DNA of 63,746 nucleotides, the filler included, from Octopus bimaculoides (taxonomy: Eukaryota): assembly GCF_001194135.2 (NCBI RefSeq). It is 6 parts of 6 records of this genome, joined end to end, with 100 filler letters (N's around TTAATTAATTAA, not from the genome) between each part and the next. Parts side by side here need not be neighbours in the genome. Positions count along the whole stretch, not along the records: positions 1 to 18,306 come from NC_068987.1; 5 more parts are not named here. The stretch is one strand, 5' to 3'. The notes beneath the pieces are model-generated. The model did no database searches. It saw only the letters and a list, made by a program, of their open reading frames with translations, and was not told the origin of the DNA. Position 1 is the stretch's first letter. Each line of letters starts with the position of its first letter. Positions 1 through 11,834 of the stretch are shown piece after piece. A program made the position numbers and the translations under genes.

Positions 1-516
1 CACCCCGCAAACATTCGCCTTTCCCCTTCCCCTTCCATTACCACTGTTGGTGTCTTTAAACTCTCCCCACTCTCCTACCCATCTTCCTGTATCTGTCTGC
101 TTGTATTACTGATAACTTCTGAAGTGATTGTTAACTAAATATAATAATAAAAAGTGCAATTTAAAACTATAATGGCTTTCAGAGGGGGTGGGCTGTTGTT
201 GTTTATTGCTGGGTTTTTTTTTTTTTCTTTTTTATGCTTTGCAAGTGGTGGAAGGACAGGCAGGCAGGTAGTTGGGTAGGTTGGTTGGTTTCAAGGCAGT
301 TGTTAGGCTTGTGTTTGCATATTGTTTGGAAAATGAATTAAGGAAGGAAAATAAACACACACACACACATATACACGCAACCTTGACTACACATAAGTGC
401 AAATACATTTATCCATATGTAATTCCATCTTTTCCATCTTCATTTCATGCATGCCTGTGACTACGCACATATATGCATGCACACACAACATGTATAGGAA
501 TCGGAGAAAGCTATTG

Positions 517-551
<35 letters not shown>

Positions 552-705
552 ACTACTTGATTGCTTGCCACATATCTAAATAGAGGTCTCAATGGATATC
601 AGTTTGTTTTATCTAATGTCTGTGTTTGTGTATGCATGTGCTTAATGATATGAATTGAGTGTGGTATGTGCATATGAGTTTGTGTATGTGTGTGTGTGTA
701 GCTCC

Positions 706-830
706 GAAACTCTGCCAAATTTAGATTGGAGCCTGGTGTTGCCATCCGGTTTCACCAGTCCTCAGTCAAATCGTCCAACCCATGCTAGCATGGAAAGCGG
801 ACGTTAAACGATGATGATAATGATGATGAT
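706..830 (+). mobile_element. 3' tail of RTE LINE (heavily 5'-truncated copy or SINE tail) ending in (GAT)n
   Basis: gaaactctgccaaat...ggaaagcggacgttaaacgatgatgat is nearly identical to the terminus of the RTE copy at 58500-58649. Confidence 0.85.
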
Positions 831-1479
831 ATCTATAAAATATATATATATTCATAATATAATGGGTGTACATATGCAATTTGTACATATGCACCCACTT
901 ATACATGGATTGATATCTCTGTAAATGTGTGCAGAAATTCAAGCTGGTGTATGTGCGTAGAGATAAATGTATGAGTGCTTGTGTAAGCGTTGCTGAAGAC
1001 ATTTTTGTTAGTGTTTTTTTTTTTGTTTTTTTTTTTGCATTTCCATAAAATAAAATCCAAAGGAAACCTACAAAAGATTTTTGGGGATGAAATTTGAGTG
1101 TTATTTAATTAAGAAAAATCATTATAATCTCTGTTCCAATTTTAAAGAAAATAGCAGTTTTTAAAAAAATTATTTTGCTTTTTGTTTTTGTCACCTTCCT
1201 TCGTACTGCTGCAATTTGAACACTCTTCTGTTATTGGATCACTTTACAATTAAAGTGCTATGGTTACCTCACTGCAGCTGGATTATAATAATGGTGATGA
1301 TGATTGAATGTACAATAATATGCTCCATGTCCCAGTGTAAGTGAAGTTGCCAATATTTCAAGATCTCTAATTACATTCTTTCTTTCTTTCTTTCTCCCAT
1401 TGTTTTACTCTCCACAATGGAATCCCAATTTTAATACTCTGATATGTGTGTCAGAAGAAACCTGATCACCTTTTCATAG

Positions 1480-1541
1480 GTTGTGGTTGTATGCTGTAAT
1501 AGGGGGTGGGGTCAGTTGACAGGAAAATGACATGAGGACAG
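1480..1541 (+). other. possible non-coding (5' UTR) exon
   Basis: ttttcatAG acceptor-like site and CAG|GTATGT donor-like site; no other support. Confidence 0.15.
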
Positions 1542-2629
1542 GTATGTTTCTAAAATCTCTTTCCCTTCTCTCCCTGTTTTGTCAACCATTATCTCCTCCC
1601 TATTCTCTGTTCCTTTGACAATTCTCATTATATATTTCTCTATTCTTTTCATCCCTCACTCTCCACTTTCATAACTCCCTTTCTTTATTTTTTTTCTTTT
1701 CCTCCCCTCCCATTCTCATCCTTGTTCCCCCCCCCCTTGCTTGGCCTGCTCTTTGACTCTTTCTCAGATATATAGTATCACTCAATTTGGTAGCTTGGTC
1801 ATGTTGCTATCCCCGTGTCATTTCAAAATGTTCATTGGAGTTCTGTTGGATTACTGCTACTAATCAGGATTATTTTAATTCCTAATGGATTACCTTCTTA
1901 TACATACATATTTATATGATTCTGGAAAACACACACACATTATTAATTGCAGCAAAAGTTTGTACTAACTGGCTACAGGGTTTTTTATTTTCATTTCAAG
2001 ATTTGCAAATCGCTTTCTCTTATTACCTTAAGAGCTTAAGAAAATGCAAAGAGCAATTCTTTTTTTTTTAATCTTTAAAGATATACATGTTGTACATATA
2101 ATTGTTGATCATACACGAGTTTATAGGATTCAAGGTTCTGCTATTTCTACAAAATAGCATTTTTGTTTTACCTTCATCTGAATGCAGTATAGTTGCATGT
2201 TTTTCTTTGATCACAAGCATACAAGCTTTAGTTTTTTTACATAATTTCTTCCTTTCTTAGACTATCAAGATTTTTTTTTTTAATTAGTTTCATAGTTGAG
2301 AAACCATACATATTAATAGTTACTTTGTATTGATGCATCCTGTGCTTTCAAATTTTTTTTTTAAGTTTATTTCAAAAACCATTTTGTCTTGTTGATTTCT
2401 GTTGGGTTTTTTTTTTTTCTGTTCTTAATAACTAATCACCTTCAGGCTTTATGACATTCAGTCGGATTGATCTTCTGATAACTCAAATTTGGTGTATCTG
2501 ACCTGATCTTTGCACCTGTGTTTTTAAAATTTATTATTTCTATATTGGTAATTTCCTGATAATTTGCAGTGATTCTTTGGAAAGAAACCTATTTATTTTT
2601 TTAACAATTAAACAGTTTACTGCTGCTGC

Positions 2630-2671
<42 letters not shown>
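2630..2671. repeat. (ATT)n microsatellite
   Basis: Direct reading. Confidence 0.95.
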
Positions 2672-2672
<1 letters not shown>

Positions 2673-2949
2673 ATAAGAGCTGTGAGTTAATTTTTCTATT
2701 AAATCCAGAGACATCTTTATTCATATTTTCCTTTCCAGCTTGAGGCATTTTGTTTTCTTTAAATCCCTGTAGACTAGGCATCATTATTGCAAACATCTAG
2801 TAATTCTGAATTCAATCAGTTTCTAGTATTTTAGTCTTTGATACTGTTTATTAAGTCAGTCATTGTACAATTGTTGTCTGGATTTATTGCTTGCAAAATT
2901 TTTGTTCTATATTTTAAATGAAAATATTTTACTGATTTAGTTTGTAGTT

Positions 2950-3590
2950 ATTCAGCTGGCAAAATCATTAGTACACTGGGCAAAATGCTGAACGACTTTT
3001 CATTTGTCTTTACATTCCGAGTTCAAATTCTGTCAAGGCTGACTTTGCTTTTCATCCTTTCTACATTGATTAAATAAGTACCAGTTGAGCCCTGGGGTTG
3101 ATGTAATTGAGTAGGCCCTTCCCCCAAAATTTCATGCTTTATGCTTACAGCAGAAAGGATTATTACTTTTATTATTGTTGTTGTAGATTGACAGAATTGG
3201 CAGTGTTGGGAAAATGGTTTAGTAGTATTTTTTCTGACTCATTACATTCTGAGTTCAAATCCTACTGTAATCAATTTTTACCTTTTAATCCCTCCAAGAT
3301 CGATAAAGTATAGTACCAGTCAAGAACTGGAGTAGATGCTGTTGACTAATCCCCTCCCTTCAAAATTGCTGGCCTTGTATCTAAATTAGAAACTATTATT
3401 ATTATCATTATTATTATGGATTTGCATAATTGTGTTGGATGAAATATCTTGCAATATTTGTTCCAAGTTGACTTTGCCTTTCATCCCTCTCTTAGAGGTC
3501 AATAGTAGGGTTGATTTGATCAGATAAATCAATGACTTGACCACGAATCTTTCTACTTTGTCCTTATGTCAGAAATTATTATTATTTTCC
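2950..3590 (+). mobile_element. cluster of 2-3 diverged tRNA-derived SINEs (family B)
   Basis: B-box gagttcaaat followed by the gactttgc(c/t)tttcatcc...aagtaccag core at ~3020-3085, ~3250-3320 and partially ~3470-3490. Same family as the copies at 35560-36180. Confidence 0.8.
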
Positions 3591-4864
3591 TCTTCGCCTT
3601 TTCCCTGGTGGCAAATAAAAGACCTCATTATTATAGGTAGAAGAAGTAGTAGTATTATATATTTCTCAGAATTGATTCCAGTTTAATCCCTTGTCTGGTT
3701 TAATACTGCCACATAGCGCCTTGGGTACTTAGGCTACCTTCAGCTGAGTATACTCTATTGCAAGCATTCAGGTTAGGTTTTAGGACGCCTTCTCTCCTTA
3801 TCTCCCACCAGTCTTGAGGGCGCTTAAACGAATCCCAGGCACTATACTGCCTCTTGACTAACCAAAAAAAAAAAATAAATAAATAAAAAAAAATTCTATA
3901 TATAAAATTGATATTCTTAACATCAGTGGTTATAAAAGGTTGTCTTTTGCTTTTTGCAGTTTATTAAAAGTAAAGTTTTGGTTATACTTTGAAGTAAAAT
4001 TATTTTTAAATCCATTGTTTTTATATTCTATACATCAAAAGAAGTTTACTATAGACACCCGTACACGTATACACATACAATGTTATATGCACACATCACA
4101 CACACTTGTTTAATATTCTATTCATTTTGAAATTAGTTTCATCATATTCTACAGTTCTATATTATTGGTACTCTGTGTGTGTGTATACATATATATATAN
4201 NNNNNNNNNTGTGTGCCAAGTGCCAGCCATCTTAAATTAATATATACAAACATGTAACATATATACACACGAACAAAACACATTATATATACATATATAT
4301 ATATATATAAAATTTGTAAAGTACTATAAGTGTATGTGTTTGGGATCCAATGAAACCTCTGATGTTTAAGTATTGTCTTTCTTGTAAGAAAATTTCTATT
4401 CAATATTTAATTTTCCTTTGGCTGCTACCTCTCCACTTCTCTCACCCTCCTTTCTCTTACACTTTGTCTTTCTGATGTTTCTTTTTCTTGTTACTTACAA
4501 ACCTAGTTTTAATTTCATATTCAAGATATGTCTTATTCAGTGTTTTGGGGCTTCTCTTTAGCTATGTTTATTATCTTAATCCTTTTCTTGTATATTCTCT
4601 AATATATAATGTCTCTAATTCTTGTCTTTTTTTTTTCCTTCCTGTCTTCTCAGTTTTGTATTTCTTCCATTGTCTTTAGTTCTACTTCTACTAGTTCCAT
4701 GAAACCCTATCTTGGTCGGTCTTTTCTTTTGAAGTAAATTCAATTAAATACTTTTTTTCTTTCCAAATTTTCTATGTCATTGGATTGAAGTGTGTTGTTT
4801 AATTTACAAAATCACACTTGGAGAAAGATGAACAAGGTAGAAATCTAGACAGGGTATCCAACAT

Positions 4865-5395
4865 GAAAAATAGGCACACACGCACCACCGATACACAGTG
4901 TAAACAGATGCATAGGTTCATAACATAAAGAGAGACTGGCACACAGCATAAACATGCATATAGACTTGCAACATAAGCATGCACATGGATGCAGCATAAA
5001 CATGTGCACATATGCAACATGAACATATGCACACTAACAATATAAACATGCATACATGCACATCATAAACATGCAACAAACATGCACAGTCACCCAACAT
5101 AAGCATGCATATATACAAAACACAAACACACATATAAGAAACATAAACACTTGCACAACATAAGCAAAACACAACATAAACATGCATAGCATAAATACAC
5201 AAATGTGTATGTGCACAAACGGAAAACATAAACAGATACAACATAAACACACATAAATAAGCCTAAACACACATTCAACACAGCATAAAGCTTACAAACA
5301 GCAAAAGCATACATGCATAACATAAACATGCAATCACTCATGGAGAGAGTAACAAAGAAGAACAGGGAAAATACATGAACACAAAACATGTAAAC
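4865..5395. repeat. degenerate AC-rich low-complexity/minisatellite tract (acataaacatgcat-like)
   Basis: Repeating motif; source of four spurious C/M/V/Y-rich ORFs. Confidence 0.85.
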
Positions 5396-6158
5396 ATGAG
5401 GTGGGGAGGGAGACAATACGACATTAATAATGCATCAGTAAGTTTATAATATCAATGTTACCAAAGAGGTATAAGGAGATGTGAAGTATGGGGAGAGAAA
5501 AATAAACAAACGATAGGAAAAAAAAAAACAAACAGTCACCAAAATCACAAGCATCATCATTTGTGTTTAAGACACACTATCCCTTCCTTTTCAATTAATT
5601 AATCTATTAATTGATTCATTCATTAATACCTTCTCTCTCCAAAGCCACTAATATTTGTTAATGAATTTTCAGATTTGTTAGAAATCTCTCAAACACACAT
5701 GCATATATGCATTCATGCACATACGGACGTGAACAAACAGATAAAACATAAAACAACGTATGCACATGCTTGCATGTTCACATGTGTGCACCAATACTCC
5801 CGCTGACTGCCCTCCTCCATCTCTTCATAAAACATTTCTTTTGATTTCTTATTGTGACAAGAATTCCTCTTCGTCTTCCTTGTCATCATCTTCCTGCTGT
5901 CTCCTGTTGTTGGTGTTGTTGCAGTTTTCTGACTTGGTGGTGGTGGAGAACTAACATTAATCTTGAAATTCTAGAAGACAATTCTATCCTACTCCACATC
6001 AACCTCCTCATTTTTTTTTCATTATTAATCTCATGGTTTTTTTAGTTTATTTTTGCTGTTTTCTGTATTAGTTTGTTACTGTTATCCCCCCTCCCTTTTC
6101 TATTTTAGTTTGTTCATTTTTTTTTTTTTTCAAATTTATTTTATACAGATTCTTTATC

Positions 6159-6161
<3 letters not shown>

Positions 6162-6203
<42 letters not shown>
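6162..6203. repeat. (ATT)n microsatellite
   Basis: Direct reading. Confidence 0.95.
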
Positions 6204-6205
<2 letters not shown>

Positions 6206-6854
6206 TTCTTTTTCTGAAGTTGCAGCTGTGTTGTTACTACTGAATACATCTATAGATTCTTTTCATTTTTTTGGTTCCAGTATAAATTTTGTAACTGCTC
6301 ATTCTGTGCCCTTGTGGCAAACATATCATTGTTAATGTTAATATTGACAATGGTATGGTTTGCTATTACAGTTTCTTTCTCAATTCATTTCAAATAGTAT
6401 AAGCTTACTCTCAAAACATAAAAACAGCAATTATCATTTTAGATTTTTCTATTTTTATCATTATTATTATAATTATTATTTACAAATCTGATTTCCATAT
6501 TATAATTTTTTTTTAACCTAAGATCTTACAAATGCATAGAAAACTAACTCAATAACTAATATTTACAAAAATCGACACCATCATTTTTATCGTCATAAAT
6601 TTTCTGTTTGTTTGCAATTCAATTTATTAAACCCAAGATTTTACAGTGCAATTTTCTTCTTGCAAATGATTAACAATTCAAAGTGAAAAATAAGTGTGGT
6701 AGTGTTTGCTGTTGCTTTTTTCTACATTTACTACCTCCCTTCTTTATTACTTATGTATCTCCTCCTTTCCTTCCTACTCCTAATTTTTAATTTATAATAA
6801 GACTTGAAAAGTAAACTAAAACAAGGCAGTATAATTAGACAAAATTAGACAACA

Positions 6855-7006
6855 ATGGCTAATGTTAATGAGGATCAAATGAAGGAAACATTGAGACTCC
6901 ATGCTGCCATGACAATGCAGAAAGCATTTGAATCCTGTGCCAAAGTCGAAGCCACTCAACATTTTATTAACACTGATGATGAAACAAAGTGCATTTATAG
7001 TATAAG
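6855..7006 (+). CDS. candidate first coding exon of an unidentified host gene (MANVNEDQMKETLRLHAAMTMQKAFESCAKVEATQHFINTDDETKCIYSIR...)
   Basis: acaATGG start with an in-frame TAG 9 nt upstream; 50 open, normal-composition codons; ends in consensus donor AG|GTAAGT (phase 2); pyrimidine tract plus AG upstream at ~6801. No homology recognised. Confidence 0.5.
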
Positions 7007-7278
7007 GTAAGTTGAAATAGTTCTTGCTTCAAGTGGAAGCTTTGAAACTTGGCACACACACACTTATCAAGTTCACTCATTCTGGGCATTGTATTATTAT
7101 GCATGCATCAGTATGAAAAGTGTTTACTGTTTTGTTTTTTGTTGTTCTTTTTAAACCCACTCTATTTAGTTTATTTTACTTCTCTATTAATGTATATTTA
7201 TAAATTCAATTTTTTTTTTTTTTTTTCGTGTTTGAAGAAGCTTCTTTTCCTTTTCTTCAAGAATATTTTAAAATAAAA

Positions 7279-7634
7279 GCACAGGTGTGGCTGTAAGGTA
7301 ATAAGTTTGCTTCCCATTTGGGTTCAGTCCCACTGCGTGACACCTTAAGCAAGTGCCTTCTATTATAGCCTACCAAAGTCTTGTGAGTAGATCTGATGGG
7401 TAGAAGCTGAAAGAAGCTTGTTTATGTGTATGTGTGTGTGTGTGTTCCCGCTGTGACTTGACAATGAGTGTTGGTGTGTTTGTCTCTGTAACTTAGCAGT
7501 TTGGCAAAAGAGACTAATAGAATAAGTGCCATACTTTAAAAAGAAAAATAAGTTCTAAAGTCAATTCATTCAACTGAAGTTCCCAAGCATGGCTGCAGTT
7601 TAATGACTGGCACCAGTAAAATATAAAAGATAAA
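7279..7634 (+). mobile_element. tRNA-derived SINE family A, near full length, CpG-decayed
   Basis: Head gtggctgt..ggttcagtcccactgcg; internal (TG)n; tail gcatggctgcagtttaatgactg..aaaagataaa. Confidence 0.9.
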
Positions 7635-7944
7635 CATTTCAGTTACTATATTTCTGGTAAAATACACTGCCTTTGCTTCTGTTAATTTTGGAACTTATTA
7701 TAACCTTGTTTTATTAAGCTGATATTTGGAACAATTAACATAAATTTTGATGGACAGTTTTAATTTAGATCACTTTAAAATGGGAAGTTTGTACCATAGA
7801 GCCAGAGGTGATCTTGGGCTAGTTGATATGAAAAGGGTTAAACTTGGTTGTTAATAACAGATGAAGAGAACAGATTTGTGATCTAAAAGTTGATGCTTGA
7901 TAGGAAAAGTCAAGCTACATTATAAATTCAGCCTTTAGGCAAAC

Positions 7945-8612
7945 CTAGGTAGGAAGACAAAGGTTCAGGTCTTCAGGTCCTCGCTGTTTCGCTCTATAGT
8001 TGCGAGACTTGGACACTCTCTGGAGCTTTTAGGAGCCACCTGAAATCCTTGTGTTACTAGGATGCTTTCCAAGACTACGGATTACCATTGGTTGGATTTT
8101 GAATCTGTTCAGAAACTGGGATGCATCCTGTTACTTGTATGATTCAGGAGTGTCGGCTCAGACTGTTTGGTCATGTTGCTGTCTATTTTCTGAGATGGAT
8201 CTTCTTTATTGTGTTCTCTTCTCTGAGGATCCAGCTGAGTTGACAGTTCATGTTGGTCAGCCACATGTCACATAGTCACAGTGAAGTGAGACTACATTCA
8301 GAAACTGGGGATGCATCCTGTTATTTTTATGATTCAGGAGCATCAGCTCATCCTGTTTGGTCATGTTGCTCTATTTTCTGAACTGGATCTTTTTTATTGT
8401 GTTCTCTTCTCTGAGAATCCAGCTGGAGTTCATGTTGGTCAGCCACATATCAAATAGATATGACAGTATGGGGAAGTGTCTTGCAGAGATGAGAATTGAC
8501 TGGGACACTGCTCAGAGGGTTACCCAGTACAACCTGAGCAAATACCGACAAATGGTGAATGCATCGATATGCTGCAGTGGTGCATGCCTCCATAACTGAT
8601 CTGACCTGACTA
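7945..8612 (+). mobile_element. RTE-clade LINE 3' fragment (degenerate), with internal tandem duplication
   Basis: Frameshifted translation RKTKVQVFRS..(L)YSCETWTLSG..RRLRLFGHVA..., C-terminus ..ASICCSGACLHN*, followed by a (CTGAC)n-like tail. Confidence 0.75.
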
Positions 8613-8865
8613 TCTTAGATATGTTTGACTGATTTAAATCTCAGTGTATTACAGGTATTGACTTTTTGTTCTAGTAAGAGAACTTTGAAATAATGAAATC
8701 AACAAGCCATTCAAGCAGTGTGTATGTGTGGGTCAGTAATTTTTACAACCATTTTACCATGCTAGCATGGCTTTGATAGGGAAGTTTCTGCTAAGTGTCT
8801 TGTCCATGAATAGTTTACATCTCTTGAATTTTACTTGTTTATTTTTGTTTATATATTTTATATGC

Positions 8866-9229
8866 AAGCACAGGCATGGCTGTGTGGTAAGAAGCTCGCT
8901 TTCCAATCACATAGTTTGAGGATCACTCCCATTGCATTACACCCTCAGCAGGTGTCTTCTACTATAGCTGTGGGTCACTCATAGCCTTCTTAATGGATTT
9001 AGTTGACAGAAATTGCAAGAAGCCTATTATGTGTGTTTGTCCCCCTGCTTGGCAAGCAGTGTTTGTTTGCTTATGTCCCTGTAACTTAGAGGTTCAACAA
9101 AACAGAGTGATGGAATAAATACCAGGGTTTAAAAAATAATGGACCGGGATTGATTTGTTCAACTAAACCCTTCAATGGTACACCAGCATGGATGCAGTCC
9201 AATGACTGAAACAAGTAAAAGATAAAGAT
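8866..9229 (+). mobile_element. SINE family A, near full length, diverged
   Basis: gcatggctgtgtggtaagaagc head; aatgactgaaacaagtaaaagataaa tail. Confidence 0.88.
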
Positions 9230-10639
9230 ATTTTCCATTATTTTACTTTACATTTAAAAACACATTAACTTTGAGGTTGTAGGTCTGTTTATTGACTACC
9301 TTATCATAATAAACAGTCGAGTTGATTATTGGACTATTGACTCAAAGATCTTAAGTTCATATTTACTACATGCAATTCATTGTGTATTTTTTTTAAATCA
9401 TTCACTTAGCTCTTCTTGTTTCAGACCACCTCGCTGTTGGGAAAGGAATAGGTTCCAAATTATCATACAATGCTGCTTGATGACATGGTCTGGTGCCATT
9501 TATCTAGCTGGAGTTTTACTATCACCATAACCCCACAAAACTAGAAATAAACCCAACTTTGTCTTTCATCCCTTCAGGACTAACTAACAAAGTGTCAATC
9601 CAGTTTTGAACCCTGCCACCCTTTCTCTCTCTGAAATGACTTGTAGCATGGCATGGTGATAGACAGAGATCCCTAGAATTGACACTCCTGCGATGTCCGA
9701 ATGGTTCACCTACAGCTCAATCAGGAATTGAAGGTGCAAGACAAGGCTATCCACCTTTGCATCCAAGCCACTTTCTCACCCCACCCACATTTATCACACA
9801 CACCTTCCCCAACCTCCTGTTCATTTACTGTTCTCAGATTCTCTGTCTAATACTCTCTTAGAATTAAAGGATCAGTTTGAATTAGCAATAAAAAGATCAA
9901 GGATATATTGATTGGCCTGCCTGAAGGATGTTTGCATAAAGAGACAAGAGGTCTATGCCACCTCCTTCCCCTCCTCTTCTCTCCTCTCTACATGCATGTG
10001 TGTACAGGAATGCAACATTGAAGACCATTAAAGGATGGATGGAACATAATTGATTCTTTTTAATCTTTTTTTTTTTTGGCTTTTGCTTCATTTTATTGTT
10101 CTTTGGTATTTTTCTTCATTTTCTGGTTGGGTTTTTGTTATGCTGGGAGAGGATGAGTGTTAGAAGGGTTCATTACGAATGAAATTGTGGTGTTAAGTTT
10201 GCAGAAATAACAATGGACTATGGATATCATCTTTTAGTTTCAGTCATGTTGTTGCATTGGTAATGGGGAATTTTAACTATACATCCTTTATATGTCATAA
10301 TCCCCTCAGTAGGTTTGGCACTGAGATCACACAATAGCAGGTTGAAATCTTAATTTCTCTTTTCAATTGGTGATAAAATGTATAGGATTTAAGGTTTCTG
10401 GGTTTTTTTTAAATTAGGTAGGAGTGAAGGCAAGAAAATTAAGTGGAAGAAGAGGGGCAGATAAGCTTGCTTAATAAAAGAGAGGAATCTTAGCATGTAG
10501 CAAATGTGAGGGGGGAGGGGGAAGTGCAATGTAACAATTGTGGAGGAAGACAAACTAAGGAGAGCAGTTTTGCCATTGTTGAAGGAGGAAGCAAAGAGTG
10601 GTAACAGAATGAACAAGAGAAAGGAGTAAATAAAGAAGT

Positions 10640-10880
10640 GATGAGACAGACGGACGGATGGATGTAAGATAGATAGATGGAGGGATGGATGTAAGATAGA
10701 TAGATGGAGGAATGGATGCAAGATAGAAAGATGGATGGATTGATGGATGCAAGATAGGTGGAAGGATTAATGGATGCAAACTAGATGGATAGATTGATGG
10801 ATGCAAAATAGATGAAGGGATTGACAGATGCAAGATAGGTAGATGGAGGGATTGATGGATGCAAGATAGATAGATGGAGG
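10640..10880. repeat. ~27-bp GATA/GGAT-derived minisatellite
   Basis: atggatg(c/t)aagatagatagatggaggg unit repeated about 8 times. Confidence 0.85.
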
Positions 10881-11062
10881 GCTCTCCTTTTTTTTTTTTC
10901 TCCTTGTTTCTCTCCTTATTTCTTTCTGTGTTCCTTTCAGTTGAAGAGCGTAGTTTGAAACGTCAGACTTTCTCTATTCCCGAGCGTTAAACTAATACAT
11001 CCATTTGTTGTTTACACCACCTGTTTTCATCTGTTGTTTTTTTCGTAAATTCTCTCCTATAG

Positions 11063-11152
11063 TTAAAGACACTTGTTCAAGGTGCCACACAGTAGGGCTG
11101 AACCCAGAACCATGTAGATGGAAAGCAAATTTCTTAACCACACCTACGCCTA
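11063..11152 (-). mobile_element. SINE family A head fragment
   Basis: caaggtgccacacagtagggctgaacccagaaccatg is the reverse complement of the head. Confidence 0.75.
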
Positions 11153-11694
11153 CATATCCTAAAAACTTGTTAAACCTACCCCCATGCAGATATACACATA
11201 TTATAATCTATTGGGGAACAATACAAAGGCAGTAACAATAACCACACCTCATGTTTACATTATTGACTATGATACTACTGCATGTTATTGTGGCCAAAAT
11301 TGAGTCATACATTTGCCTTACTCATTCAGAATGTACTCAAAATCTAATACATAAATATGAAGGAAGGTGAAAAAATAAAGTGTGTGTTTTGTTAGCATTT
11401 GATGATTTCATTATTCTTCTTTTTACCAAGTTATACTTATGACTCATAAAGATATTATGTAATGTTGAAACTTAATTTTGAAAGTGGTGGTGGAGAAATT
11501 GAGTTTTAAGGTCAGTGAGTTAGCAGAAATGGTAGACTACCATATTAAATACTGTACAGTATTTATATATTCCCATTTACTTACAAATTTTTGGAGTTGT
11601 GCTTGTCTGTCATGTAACTTGGCTTGAAGCCATGTGACTTGGTTTGACACTTTGCAGCTTAATTTCAGACTGTGATTTTATTTGAAACCATGTG

Positions 11695-11834
11695 GCGTTA
11701 GGAAGGGCATCCAGCTGTAGAAACTCTGCCAGATCAGATTGGAGCCTGGTGCAGCCATCTGGTTCACCAGTCCTCAGTCAAATCATCCAACCCATGCTAG
11801 CATGGAAAGCGGACGTTAAACGATGATGATGATG
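11695..11834 (+). mobile_element. RTE LINE 3' tail copy with (GAT)n
   Basis: ggcgttaggaagggcatccagctgtagaaactctgcc...aaacgatgatgat matches 58505-58649. Confidence 0.88.

Noticed and set aside
172-279. Short ORF MAFRGGGLLLFIAGFFFFSFLCFASGG... resembling a signal peptide
   Set aside because: Hydrophobicity comes from a poly-T run; donor site is weak and there is no other support.
10935-10970. TTGAAGA..GAAACGTC hammerhead-like string
   Set aside because: It has the minimal GAAACGUC motif, but C3 is altered and stems I and II do not pair. At best a dead PLE terminal-repeat remnant.
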